From Klebsiella pneumoniae (GTDB lineage: Bacteria > Pseudomonadota > Gammaproteobacteria > Pseudomonadales > UBA5518), in contig CAMAXE010000003.1 of the NCBI GenBank assembly GCA_945862145.1, positions 164,139 to 228,138 of the forward strand: a DNA stretch of 64,000 nucleotides, written 5' to 3'. The notes below the pieces were generated by a model. It saw only the letters and a list, made by a program, of their open reading frames with translations, was not told the DNA's origin and made no database searches. The position numbers and the translations under genes are program-made. Every line of letters begins with the position of its first letter. Position 1 is the stretch's first letter. Of the stretch, positions 26,974 to 36,574 are shown piece after piece.

Positions 26974-29352
26974 ATGCTGAGTCCCTATCGTGTCCTCGAT
27001 TTGACTGACGACAGGGGTCAGCTCGCGGGCTATATCCTCGCCCAGATGGGCGCGGACGTCATCGCTATCGAGCCAGCCGAAGGGCATCGGAGCCGGCGGC
27101 TGGGGCCTTTCCTCGCGGATCGGCGCGACGCGGAGTCTTCGCTGACGCATCTTGCTTACAACCGCGGCAAGCGTTCGGTGGTTATTGATGCGCCGGCGCA
27201 ACTCGAGCGTCTTGCTGCGACCGCCGACGTGCTCGTCGAGTGCGGTGCGATGCCAGTAGATCTCGCGCGGCTGCGCTCGCTGAACTCCTCCCTGATCACG
27301 GTGTCGATCACGCCCTTTGGCCAGACGGGTCCCAAGGCAGGTTGGGCCGCCACGGACCTAACGGTCTGCGCGGCCGCCGGAACGTTGGGTATCACGGGCG
27401 ATCCGGATCGCGCACCGTTCCGGATCTGCGTGCCGCAGGCTTTTGCATTCGCCGCGGCCGATGCCGCGTGCGCCGTACTGCTCGCCTTGTGGGAGCGCCA
27501 TCGCTCCGGGCGCGGACAGCACGCCGACATTTCGGTGCAGCACTCCTACCACTCCGCGACGCAGTTCCAGACCATGGCGGCGCTGGTCGGCAAGCCGGTC
27601 GGGAAACGCCTCGGCGGAGGTCACAAGATCGGGGCCGTCACGATGCAGGCGGTGCACGCGTGCAAGGACGGCCACGTTACGGCATCGTTCCTGTTCGGGC
27701 CGGTGTTCGGCCCGTACGCGACGCGCCTGTTCCGCTGGATACACGAGGAGGGGCACTGCAGCGAGTGGTGGCCCCTGAACGATTGGGTCTCCTTCGGGCG
27801 CGTAGTGCGCGAGGATCCCGGCGGACTCGAGAGGATGGAGGAGGGGATGACTATCCTCCGTCGTTTCCTGGCGACGAAGACCAAGCACGAACTCTTCACA
27901 GCAGCCGTCGCGCGCCGCCTGCTGATCGCGCCGGTCATGACCGCGCGGGATCTGCTGGCCTTCGAGCATCTCGAGGCGCGAGGGTGGTGGCAGGACGTGG
28001 ACGGCTTGCGGGCACCCGGAGCCTTCGTCCGGGCGCCGGCCTCGCCGCTGCGCGCCTTGGGGCGCGCCCCTCGGATCGGTGAGCACTCATCCCTGCTGGA
28101 CGAAGCGAGCCGCCCGAGCGAATCACCGCAGGCCGCCGAGAGCGGCACCGGTGGCCCGCTGCCACTGGCCGGCTTGCGCGTGCTCGACTTCACCTGGGCA
28201 CTGGCCGGACCGGGGAGCACGCGTATCCTCGCCGATCACGGCGCCTGTGTGATCCGCATCGAGTCGCAGCGAAAAATGGACATCCTGCGCGGCGCCTCGC
28301 CGTTCCTCGGCGAGGACGGCCAACCGGAGAACGCGCTGTCATGGCACTCGGCCAATGCGGGGAAGCTCGGCGTCACGCTGGATCTCGGGCACGAGCGTGC
28401 ACGGGACGTGGTGCTGGATCTCGCGCGATGGGCTGACATCGTTGTCGAGTCGTTCTCCTTCGGCACAATGGAGCGTTTTGGCATCGGCTACGACTCGCTG
28501 CGCGCGGTGAACCCTCGCCTGATCATGCTGTCGAGCTGCCTGCTGGGAGCGACGGGACCGCTGCGTGCCTATGCGGGCTTCGGCGGCGCGGGTGCCGCGG
28601 TAGCGGGGTTCTATGCGCTCGCCGGCTGGCCCGATCGACTGCCGGCCGGTCCTTACGGGGCGTACTCGGACTACACGTCGCCGCGCTTCATGGTGGCGGC
28701 GCTGATGGGCGCTCTGGAATGGCGGCGCCGCACCGGTGAGGGCCAGCATCTGGATTTCGCGCAGATGGAAGGCGCGGTGCAGATGATCGCGCCGGTCCTG
28801 CTCGACATGGCGGCGAACGGACACGCCATCGAGCGTTGCGGAAACGAGGATCCGCACATGTCGCCGCACGGCGTGTACCCCGCAAGGGGCGACGATCGCT
28901 GGATCGCCGTTACCTGCGAGACCGACGCGCAGTGGCGCATGCTTGCGCGCGTGATCGATCGTGTCGATCTCGCCAGCCTGGACCTCGGGGCAAGGCTCAC
29001 CCGGCGTCGCGAGCTCGACGAGGCGGTTACGGCGTGGACGCGCGAGCGGGATGTTGCGGAAGCCGAACGGTTGTTGCAGGCCGCAGGCGTGCCCTCGCAT
29101 CGCATCGCCTACGCCGAGGACATCCTTGCCGACGCACAACTCGCGCACCGTCGACACTGGCAGCGTGTGCCACACCCCGAGCACGGCGAGACCTGGGCGG
29201 AAGGTCCTGCCATACAATTGGCACGCACGCCCGGCGCACCGCGCTGGGGTGGGCCGACTTTCGGGCAACATCTGCAGGAGGTGCTTGCGGAGGTCCTCGG
29301 CTACGAGGCGGACAAGATCGCCGATCTCATCGGTTCGGGCGCATTCGAGTAG
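26974..29352 (+). CDS. Tandem two-domain family III CoA-transferase fusion, paralog of 20035..22446
   Basis: 792 aa. Colinear with the 803-aa fusion at roughly two-thirds identity by eye. The second domain starts at LPLAGLRVLDFTWALAGPG. Confidence 0.9.
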   Translation: MLSPYRVLDLTDDRGQLAGYILAQMGADVIAIEPAEGHRSRRLGPFLADRRDAESSLTHLAYNRGKRSVVIDAPAQLERLAATADVLVECGAMPVDLARLRSLNSSLITVSITPFGQTGPKAGWAATDLTVCAAAGTLGITGDPDRAPFRICVPQAFAFAAADAACAVLLALWERHRSGRGQHADISVQHSYHSATQFQTMAALVGKPVGKRLGGGHKIGAVTMQAVHACKDGHVTASFLFGPVFGPYATRLFRWIHEEGHCSEWWPLNDWVSFGRVVREDPGGLERMEEGMTILRRFLATKTKHELFTAAVARRLLIAPVMTARDLLAFEHLEARGWWQDVDGLRAPGAFVRAPASPLRALGRAPRIGEHSSLLDEASRPSESPQAAESGTGGPLPLAGLRVLDFTWALAGPGSTRILADHGACVIRIESQRKMDILRGASPFLGEDGQPENALSWHSANAGKLGVTLDLGHERARDVVLDLARWADIVVESFSFGTMERFGIGYDSLRAVNPRLIMLSSCLLGATGPLRAYAGFGGAGAAVAGFYALAGWPDRLPAGPYGAYSDYTSPRFMVAALMGALEWRRRTGEGQHLDFAQMEGAVQMIAPVLLDMAANGHAIERCGNEDPHMSPHGVYPARGDDRWIAVTCETDAQWRMLARVIDRVDLASLDLGARLTRRRELDEAVTAWTRERDVAEAERLLQAAGVPSHRIAYAEDILADAQLAHRRHWQRVPHPEHGETWAEGPAIQLARTPGAPRWGGPTFGQHLQEVLAEVLGYEADKIADLIGSGAFE

Positions 29353-29381
29353 CTGCATAGCCCATCGGCAAGCGGCCCGCG

Positions 29382-29843
29382 TCAGTTCACCGCCTGCCTC
29401 AAGGCCGCCATCACAACCTCCGGGTCGGCGTCCACGTCGAATCGTGTCCAGTCCAGGATTTCCTGACGCCTGGTGAACTTCCACTGGCCTGCGATCTTCT
29501 CCAGCTTGTCCTCCAGGCGACCAATAGCCAACAGCATGGGTGGATTCACCAGGAGGTAACCGGAGAAGTAGCACCGCATCGTCGCATGAGTCTCGTCCCC
29601 GTCGATGGCGATCGCCGTGGGCATGTGACGCATCGGTGCGGGAAGTTTCTGCGGGAACTGGAAGCAATCCACGAAGTCGCGGAGATCCTTGCGGCCTCTG
29701 ATCGTCTCGCCGCCGGGTGTCTCGAACACACCGTCGTCGGCAAAGCAAGCTACCCAGCCCTCCGGGTCGCCCAGATCGAACGTGTGGCAGTAACGCGCGG
29801 CGAGTTCCATGATCTCAGCGCGATCTTCGGGGGAAACAGACAT
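29382..29843 (-). CDS. SnoaL-like / NTF2-fold protein
   Basis: The start MSVSPEDRAEIMELAARYCHTFD is preceded by AAGGAGAG. 153 aa. Confidence 0.75.
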   Translation of the reverse strand: MSVSPEDRAEIMELAARYCHTFDLGDPEGWVACFADDGVFETPGGETIRGRKDLRDFVDCFQFPQKLPAPMRHMPTAIAIDGDETHATMRCYFSGYLLVNPPMLLAIGRLEDKLEKIAGQWKFTRRQEILDWTRFDVDADPEVVMAALRQAVN

Positions 29844-29966
29844 CGTACTCTCCTTCATTCGTGTGGATAAATGCACGGGGAGAGCTCGCGTAGGCGCGAT
29901 GCTCCCGGGTTCTGCCCGTCGGGCGTGGGTGGACGGGTGCGGGCTTCACCCGGAAGCGCTGCCCGG

Positions 29967-30899
29967 TCAGATCGCGCCCTCCGACAGCCAGTTGTCGCTG
30001 GGCCGGCCGGCGATGCAGCCGAGCGACGCGCTCGAGCGATAGCCCAGCAATTGCTGGGTGCGTTCGGGCAACGTGCGAGCGATCGAGGGCGGCACCGCCA
30101 GGTACTGGTTCTCTTCGGTGACGAGCCAGTTAACGCTCAGCGTGATGATGATCCCCGTGCGCGGTTCATCGGTATGGTTGGCACCGGCGCCGTGCAGCAG
30201 GCCACCCAGCCAGAACACGACGGATCCCTTCGGCATCTCGGCCTGCGCGACCTCGTTCTCCTCGGCCTCCCGTTGCTGCTCCCAGCGGTGGCTACCCGGC
30301 ACCAGCCGGGTCGCGCCGTTGTCGCGGGTGAAATCGGTACCCGCCCAGTTGCACGCGAGGATGCATTCGGGGCGGCGCGGATCATGCTCCAGGAAGGGGC
30401 GGTAAATGTCCGTCTCGCGGTGCAGTGGCTGGTTCGTCCCGCCCTTGCAGACCTGCAGTGCAGCATGCGCGTTCACCCGATAGTGATGACAATGAGGTCG
30501 CGAGCCTGCTTCCCGGGGGCGGTTCAAATTTACATAGATATCGGACCAGTCCGCGGGCGAGCCGGGCAGAGCCGCAGAGGGCGACGCCATCGGGCACTCG
30601 GGTTGTAGTATGGCGTCAGCGACCTCGAGCCAGAACCGGTTCAGCAACAGGTAGTCGCTGAACTCGCTCCCGCGGGTCAGCACCCGGCCGAGTGCCTTGA
30701 CCTTGCTTTCCTGGCCCGTGAAATAATCGACCCCGGGGCTCATCTGCTCGAACGCAGGTTGGAGTTTCGCGGTCAGCGTGTCCATCAGCTCCGGTGCGAG
30801 CAGCCCGCGCACGATGACCGCACCCTCCTCGCGAAGCACCGCGGCGACATCCGCTAGGCTGCCATTCGCGTCGAATGCACAGATGGGCGCGCCAGGCAC
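29967..30899 (-). CDS. Phytanoyl-CoA dioxygenase (PhyH) family Fe(II)/2-oxoglutarate oxygenase
   Basis: This is the C-terminal 310 codons of the chimeric 684-aa ORF 29967..32021. It carries PhyH-like segments (GATRLVPGSHRW, SVVFWLGGLLHGAGANHTD). The proposed GTG start lies 2 nt after the TAA stop of the upstream ACAD. No internal ATG lies near the N-terminus. Confidence 0.75.
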   Translation of the reverse strand: MPGAPICAFDANGSLADVAAVLREEGAVIVRGLLAPELMDTLTAKLQPAFEQMSPGVDYFTGQESKVKALGRVLTRGSEFSDYLLLNRFWLEVADAILQPECPMASPSAALPGSPADWSDIYVNLNRPREAGSRPHCHHYRVNAHAALQVCKGGTNQPLHRETDIYRPFLEHDPRRPECILACNWAGTDFTRDNGATRLVPGSHRWEQQREAEENEVAQAEMPKGSVVFWLGGLLHGAGANHTDEPRTGIIITLSVNWLVTEENQYLAVPPSIARTLPERTQQLLGYRSSASLGCIAGRPSDNWLSEGAI

Positions 30900-30901
30900 T
30901 G

Positions 30902-32164
30902 TTATGCTGTCCGAGTTGGCGCGCTGCGGAGCTCGCGAAAGGACTTGCCCTTGTCGACACGCGGTTCTGGTGGGAGCCCGAGCACACGTTCGGCGATGAT
31001 GTTGCGCAGGATCTCGTCGGTTCCCCCGGCGATGCGGATCGCGGGGGCCACGAGGTAGGCCCACTGCCACTGCGCGTAGGCTGCGGCGCCGTCCTCGTCG
31101 GCGATCGCACCGCTGCCTTCGAGCAGTTCCAGCGCGAGCGAGGTCATTTCCTGCTGCAGCCGTCCCTCGACGAGCTTGCCGATCGACGCCTCGCCGCCGG
31201 GTTCCTGTCCGCGCGAGAGCGCGGTGAGCATCCGGTAGGAGGTATGGACGAGCCCCCTCCAGCGGACGTGGAAATCCGCGACGCGCTCGCGCACGGTCGC
31301 TTCGTCGAGCGCGCTGCGATTTCCGGTGATCCGCGTGTTCCTGGCAAGGCGCATGAAGTCCAGGGCTGTAGGAAGACGTTCGCCGCCGGGACCCACCACG
31401 CCCCCGGCGGCCGACGCACGCTCGGTCATCAGCGTGCTGGTCGTCACGGTCCATCCGTTCCCGACCGAGGAGATACGGTGCGCGTCGGGAATGCGCACCT
31501 CGTTGAGGAATACCGCGCTGAAATCTGCGCTGCCCCATATTTGCCTGATCGGCCGGATCTCGATTCCCGGCGTCTTCATGTCGAGCACGAAGTACGTCAG
31601 CCCGGCGTGCTTGGGCACGTCCGGATCGCTGCGCGCGATCAGTATCGCCCAGTCCGAATGCTCCGCCAAGGAAGTCCAGACCTTCTGGCCGCTCACGAGC
31701 CAGTGATCGCCATCGCGAACTGCGCGGGTGCGCAATCCGGCCAGGTCCGAGCCGGCATCGGGCTCGCTGAAGAGCTGGCACCAGACTTCCTCGCCGCGGA
31801 TCATCTTCGGCAACCAGCGGGTCTTCTGTTCCGGCGTGCCGTGAATCATCAGTGTGGGGCCGGCCTGCCCGTGGGCGATGTTGAAGATGTTCGGCGGCAG
31901 ATCGAAGCGGGATTCCTCCTGCGCCCAGATCAGGCTCTCGATCGCGCTCGCGCCCCGGCCTCCGTACTCCCTGGGCCAGCTGATGCACGCCCATCCGGCA
32001 TCCGCCTTGCGCGTCTGCCATTCCTTGCTGGATTCGAGGCTCGCCTTGCCCTCGGCCGAAAACCCCCAGCCGCTCTCTCCTGCACGCAACGTCGCGTTCG
32101 CCGAGAGCCAGGCGCGTGCCTCGGTGCGGAACGCGGCTTCGGTCGGGGTATCGTCGAAATCCAT
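30902..32164 (-). CDS. Acyl-CoA dehydrogenase (FadE-like; RIAGGTDEILRNIIAERVLGLP C-terminus)
   Basis: Internal ATG of ORF 30902..32281 (MDFDDTPTEAAFRTEARAWL). FSEPDAGSDLAG motif. Confidence 0.9.
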   Translation of the reverse strand: MDFDDTPTEAAFRTEARAWLSANATLRAGESGWGFSAEGKASLESSKEWQTRKADAGWACISWPREYGGRGASAIESLIWAQEESRFDLPPNIFNIAHGQAGPTLMIHGTPEQKTRWLPKMIRGEEVWCQLFSEPDAGSDLAGLRTRAVRDGDHWLVSGQKVWTSLAEHSDWAILIARSDPDVPKHAGLTYFVLDMKTPGIEIRPIRQIWGSADFSAVFLNEVRIPDAHRISSVGNGWTVTTSTLMTERASAAGGVVGPGGERLPTALDFMRLARNTRITGNRSALDEATVRERVADFHVRWRGLVHTSYRMLTALSRGQEPGGEASIGKLVEGRLQQEMTSLALELLEGSGAIADEDGAAAYAQWQWAYLVAPAIRIAGGTDEILRNIIAERVLGLPPEPRVDKGKSFRELRSAPTRTA

Positions 32165-32202
32165 AGCCGGTCTCTCCTGTGTCGTTCCGATTGGACGCTC
32201 GT

Positions 32203-32982
32203 TCAGAGATGCTGGGTCAGGCCGCCGTCGAGGTGGAAGATCTGACCTGTCACATAGCCCGCGCCTGTGCCGGAAAGCCACACGGCCATGGGGCCGATGT
32301 CGTCGGGACGGCCCGCGCGCTTCAGGATAGCGAAGCGCACGGCTCGTGCCGCCTCCACGTCATCCGGATCGATGCGATCGCTCATCCAGTCCATCCATCC
32401 GAGCGCAATCGCGTTCACCGTGATGCCATCCGGCCCAAGCTCCCGCCCCAAGCTGCGTACGAGGTTCTGTGTCGCGGCGTGGGCGGCTCCGTAGGCGGCG
32501 GTATTGGGCAGGCCACGCTCGCCGAGCACGTGCGTGAGTAACAGAATACGCCCGCAGTTGTCGCCTGCGCGCATTTCGCGCACGGCCGCCCGGACGGCAG
32601 CGAACGGCAGGCCGAAGTTCATCGCCATGACGAGGCCGAGATCCTCGTCGCTAGTCTCAGCGATCGGCTTTGCAAAAAAGACATCGGGACAAACGGCCAG
32701 GACATCCAGGCCACCCAGTGCAGCGGCCGCGCTCCGCACCGCGTCGTCCGGGTGACCGGGTGAGGACAGACCCGCGGCAAGCAGCGTGCAGCGGGTACCC
32801 GTCGACTCGATCTCCCGGCGCAGCGCATCGACTGATTCGCTGTGCTCGTGAACGCAAATGACCAGATCTGCACCGGCTTCCGCGTAGGCGCGGGCGACAG
32901 CACTGCCACCGGGGGTTTCGGCGCCCAGCACCACGGCCTTGCGATTGCGCAGGTCAAAGTGCTCCAAGCCTGCGTTAGTCAT
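32203..32982 (-). CDS. SDR-fold protein with degenerate cofactor and catalytic motifs
   Basis: Start MTNAGLEHF. The glycine motif reads VLGAETPGGS instead of TGxxxGxG, and the active site reads YGAAH (YxxxH) instead of YxxxK. ATGA overlap with the upstream SDR. Confidence 0.8.
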   Translation of the reverse strand: MTNAGLEHFDLRNRKAVVLGAETPGGSAVARAYAEAGADLVICVHEHSESVDALRREIESTGTRCTLLAAGLSSPGHPDDAVRSAAAALGGLDVLAVCPDVFFAKPIAETSDEDLGLVMAMNFGLPFAAVRAAVREMRAGDNCGRILLLTHVLGERGLPNTAAYGAAHAATQNLVRSLGRELGPDGITVNAIALGWMDWMSDRIDPDDVEAARAVRFAILKRAGRPDDIGPMAVWLSGTGAGYVTGQIFHLDGGLTQHL

Positions 32983-33797
32983 CCTGTGGGCTCCTGCGGC
33001 AGTTCCCGGCGAGGCGCGAAGTCCACCGGACCGAGCGCACCCGCCAGTGCGCCACCGTCGATGATAAAAGTTGCACCCGTCACGAAGCTGGAGGCGTCCG
33101 ACGCAAGGTAGACGGCAAGCGGCCCCAGTTCCCAGCACTCGCCGAGCCGGCGCACGGGCATTCTGCGCGCCACGCTCATGCGGGCTTCGGCCTCCCGCTC
33201 GTCCCGCGGAGGGGCCTGCGGCACCACGCCAGGCACGATCACGTTGACCCGGATTCCATGCGGACCGAGGATCGTCGCCTGCGACGTCGTGAGCGACAGG
33301 ATGCCTCCCTTGGCCGAGGGATACGCGAATATCGCGCCGCCGCGCAGCGCAGTGACGGAGGACAGGTTGATAATCACTCCACCGCGCTTGCTCGCGATCA
33401 TCTGGCGGGCGGCTTCGCGACCGCAATAGAACGCGCTGTGAAGGTTCAGTTCGAGCGCGCGCTGGAATTCTTCGTCGGCGTACTCCCAGAACGGATCGTG
33501 CGATGTTCCGGCGCCCGCGTTGGCAATCATGATGTCGATGCTGCCGTAGGCGTCCACACAGGCGGACACCAGCGCATTCACCTGGGCCGAATCCGTTACG
33601 TCAGTTCTCGTGGCAATCGCCTGGCCCCCAGAGGCGACGATTTCGGCCACGGTGCCGTCTATCTCTTCAGGGGTGCGTGCTGCACAGACGACACGCGCGC
33701 CGGCCTGCGCGAGCGCCAGTGCCATGGCCTTTCCTAGTCCCCGTCCGGCCCCCGTGACGACGGCGGCACGTCCGTCTAGCCTCAGTTTCTCGAGCAT
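32979..33797 (-). CDS. Classical SDR-family oxidoreductase
   Basis: VVTGAGRGLGKA (TGxxxGxG) and YPSAK (YxxxK). 272 aa. Confidence 0.9.
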   Translation of the reverse strand: MLEKLRLDGRAAVVTGAGRGLGKAMALALAQAGARVVCAARTPEEIDGTVAEIVASGGQAIATRTDVTDSAQVNALVSACVDAYGSIDIMIANAGAGTSHDPFWEYADEEFQRALELNLHSAFYCGREAARQMIASKRGGVIINLSSVTALRGGAIFAYPSAKGGILSLTTSQATILGPHGIRVNVIVPGVVPQAPPRDEREAEARMSVARRMPVRRLGECWELGPLAVYLASDASSFVTGATFIIDGGALAGALGPVDFAPRRELPQEPTG

Positions 33798-33894
33798 GAG
33801 CGGTTGCTCCCCTTTTTCGCGCGACGATCCCCGGTGCTGAATCCCGCGAAGCGGCGCTCCTGGAGCACGTGGACGGCTACCATGGCGAGGGGAA

Positions 33895-34731
33895 TCAGCG
33901 CCCCGTAAACTTTGGCTTGCGCTTTTCCTGGAAAGCCTTGAAGGCCTCCGCGGCGTCCTCGCTTCGCAGTGAGCCTGCCTCGAGCGCGATCGTCAGTGGG
34001 AGGACGAGGTTGGAGACGAATTTCTGGAACTTGTTTATGCCCATCTTGGATGCGGAGATGGCGACTCCCGGACCGGCAGCAAGGCGGTCGGCGAGATCCA
34101 GGGCCGTCTTCATCAGCTGATCGTCGTCGACGACAAAATTGACCAAGCCGAGTCTTTCCGCTTCGTCCGCCGACAGAATGTCCCCGGTCATCATGTAGTA
34201 CTTGGCGCGATTGATGCCCATCAGGAGGGGCCACAGCACCTGCCCGCCGTCGCCGGCGCCCATCGCGAGGCGCACGTGCGTATCGCCGATCCGTGCGCTG
34301 CGACCGGCGATGACGATGTCACCGAGCAATGCGATGGTCGAACCCATACCGATCGCCGGACCGTTGACTGCGGTGATGATCGGTGTCTCGCAGTCGAGGA
34401 AGTCATCGACGAGGCGGCGCCCTTCGCGCCAGGCAGCGCCGGGCGAGCGGTCGCGCTCGACCTCCATATCGCCCGGGTCGAATTCCATGGCGTCGCCGCC
34501 GGCGCAGAATGCGCGGCCCGCGCCCGTGATGACCAGCACCTTGACTGCCGGATCCTCGTCGATGTCGCGTGCGAGGGACAGGATCTCGTGATGCATGCTC
34601 GGGATAACGGCGTTCAGCCGGTCGGGTCTGTTGAGCGTCGCCACCACGACCCCGTTCGGGCGCTTGTCGATGAGGATCGAGCTGTAGTCTTCCTGCTTGA
34701 GCTCGTGTTCGTAAAAAGCGTTCTTGGGCAT
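33895..34731 (-). CDS. Crotonase-fold protein, paralog A (most divergent; 278 aa)
   Basis: MPKNAFYEHELKQEDY.. and oxyanion-hole region FCAGGD. The catalytic-Glu positions read GMGST and GDTHV. Confidence 0.88.
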   Translation of the reverse strand: MPKNAFYEHELKQEDYSSILIDKRPNGVVVATLNRPDRLNAVIPSMHHEILSLARDIDEDPAVKVLVITGAGRAFCAGGDAMEFDPGDMEVERDRSPGAAWREGRRLVDDFLDCETPIITAVNGPAIGMGSTIALLGDIVIAGRSARIGDTHVRLAMGAGDGGQVLWPLLMGINRAKYYMMTGDILSADEAERLGLVNFVVDDDQLMKTALDLADRLAAGPGVAISASKMGINKFQKFVSNLVLPLTIALEAGSLRSEDAAEAFKAFQEKRKPKFTGR

Positions 34732-34816
34732 GGCATTGTCCTTTCGAGTATCGATGCGTCAGGCATGCGGATCGCGCTGAGCTTCCCTGCTCCTCGGGCG
34801 CGCGCAGGGTTCCGCT

Positions 34817-35632
34817 TCAACGGCCCTTGAACTTGGGTGGGCGCTTTTCGCGGAAGGCGTTGATCGCTTCCTCGGCGTCTTCAGTGTGCAGCGTGGCGTA
34901 CTGGAGCTTCAGCGTGAGCGGGAGCACCAGGTTCGAGACGAACTTGATGTATTTGTTGATGCCCATCTTGGAGGCCGAGATCGCGACGGCCGGTCCGCTC
35001 GCCAGGCGGTCGGCCAGGTCCATGGCCGTCTTCATCAACTGGTCGTCGTCGACGACGAAGTTCACGAGGCCCAGCCGTTCGGCTTCCTCTGCGCCGAGAA
35101 CGTCGCCGGTCATCATGTAGTACTTCGCGCGGTTGATGCCCATCAGCAGCGGCCAGTAGAGCTGCCCACCGTCGCCGGCGCCCACGCCGATCTTGACGTG
35201 CGTGTCCCCGATGGTGGCGCTGCGCCCGGCGATGATCACGTCGCCGAGCAGGGCGATGGTCGCGCCCAGGCCCATGGCGGGGCCGTTCATCGCCGTGATG
35301 ATCGGCTTCTCGCAGTCGAGGATGTCGTCGACCAGTTGCCGCGCCTGGCGCCAGATGCGCGGTCCGGAGAAGCGCGGACGCCCCGGGCTGAAGTCGCCCC
35401 CGGCGCAGAAGGCGCGTCCGGCGCCCGTGAGCACCAGCACCTTTACGTCCGGGTCCTCGTCGACGTCGCGCGCGAGCGAGGTGACCTCGAGGTGCATGTT
35501 GGGGTCAATGGCATTCATCTTTTTGGGCTGGTTGAGCGTCGCCACGGCCACGCCGTTGGGGTGTTTCTCGATCAGGATCTGATCGTAGTTCTCCTGCTTC
35601 AGCGAGTGCTCATAGAAAGCGTTCTTGGGCAT
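34817..35632 (-). CDS. Crotonase-fold protein, paralog B (271 aa)
   Basis: MPKNAFYEHSLKQENY.. About 80% identical by eye to paralogs C and D. GLGAT and GDTHV at the catalytic-Glu positions. Confidence 0.88.
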   Translation of the reverse strand: MPKNAFYEHSLKQENYDQILIEKHPNGVAVATLNQPKKMNAIDPNMHLEVTSLARDVDEDPDVKVLVLTGAGRAFCAGGDFSPGRPRFSGPRIWRQARQLVDDILDCEKPIITAMNGPAMGLGATIALLGDVIIAGRSATIGDTHVKIGVGAGDGGQLYWPLLMGINRAKYYMMTGDVLGAEEAERLGLVNFVVDDDQLMKTAMDLADRLASGPAVAISASKMGINKYIKFVSNLVLPLTLKLQYATLHTEDAEEAINAFREKRPPKFKGR

Positions 35633-35692
35633 GTCGATTCACCTTTGCGAATGGTTTTTTGGCCTGTACCTGACGCAGCGTCCGTCCCGCGA

Positions 35693-36508
35693 TCAGCGGC
35701 CTTTGAAGTTCGGCTTCCGCTTCTCCCGGAATGCGGCGGTCGCCTCTTCGGCGTCCTCGGTGTAGAGCGTGGCCCGCTGGAGGTTGATTGTGAGCGGGAG
35801 CACCAGGTTCGAGACGAACTTGATGTATTTGTTGATCCCGATCTTGGAGGCCGAGATCGCGAGGCCAGGGCCGCTCGCGAGGCGATCGGCCAGTTCCAGG
35901 GCCTTGATCATCAACTGGTCGTCGTCGACGACGAAGTTGACAAGGCCGAGTCGCTCCGCCTCTTCGGCCGTGAGCACCTCCCCGGTCATCATGTAGTACT
36001 TGGCGCGATTGATGCCCATCAGCAGCGGCCAGTAGACTTGGCCGCCGTCCCCGCAGCCCGAACCCACCTTGACGTGCGTGTCGCCGATCTTCGCGCTGCG
36101 TGCCGCGATGATCACGTCGCCGAGCAGGGCGATGGTCGCGCCGAGACCCATCGCCGCGCCGTTCATGGCTGTGATGATCGGCTTCTCGCAATCGAGAAAG
36201 TCGTCGACCAGCTGGCGTCCCTCGCGGAAGATGCGGGGGCCGGAGTGTCGGGGGCGGTTCGGACTGAAATCGCCGCCGGCGCAGAAGGCGCGTCCGGCGC
36301 CCGTAAGTACCAGCACCTTCACGTCCGGGTCCTCATCGACGTCGCGCGCGAGCGAGGTGATCTCGAGGTGCATGTTGGGATCGACAGCGTTCATCTTGTG
36401 GGGCTGGTTGAGTGTCGCCACGACCACCCCGTTCGGGTGTTTCTCGATCAGGATCTGGTCGTAGTTTTCCTGCTTCAATTCGTGCTCGTAGAAAGCGTTC
36501 TTTGGCAT
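35693..36508 (-). CDS. Crotonase-fold protein, paralog C (271 aa)
   Basis: MPKNAFYEHELKQENY.., GLGAT and GDTHV. Confidence 0.88.
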   Translation of the reverse strand: MPKNAFYEHELKQENYDQILIEKHPNGVVVATLNQPHKMNAVDPNMHLEITSLARDVDEDPDVKVLVLTGAGRAFCAGGDFSPNRPRHSGPRIFREGRQLVDDFLDCEKPIITAMNGAAMGLGATIALLGDVIIAARSAKIGDTHVKVGSGCGDGGQVYWPLLMGINRAKYYMMTGEVLTAEEAERLGLVNFVVDDDQLMIKALELADRLASGPGLAISASKIGINKYIKFVSNLVLPLTINLQRATLYTEDAEEATAAFREKRKPNFKGR

Positions 36509-36574
36509 AGTTCGTTTCCTCTGGTGGTCTGATTCCGGGGATGACGCGGTGTGGCGTCGATTGCGGCGCTGGTT

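Noticed and set aside
29967-32021. A 684-aa minus-strand ORF that looks like a giant protein
   Set aside because: Only the C-terminal ~310 codons have PhyH-like sequence. The N-terminal ~370 codons are Arg/Pro/Gly-rich and lie out of frame over the clearly homologous ACAD at 30902..32164 on the same strand. I treated it as a GC-driven read-through and called PhyH from the GTG at 30899.
34886-36532. A 548-aa plus-strand ORF across the crotonase array, plus several 97-131-aa ORFs
   Set aside because: They are antisense to two crotonase paralogs and cross a spacer. Their repetitive sequence simply mirrors the tandem gene array.
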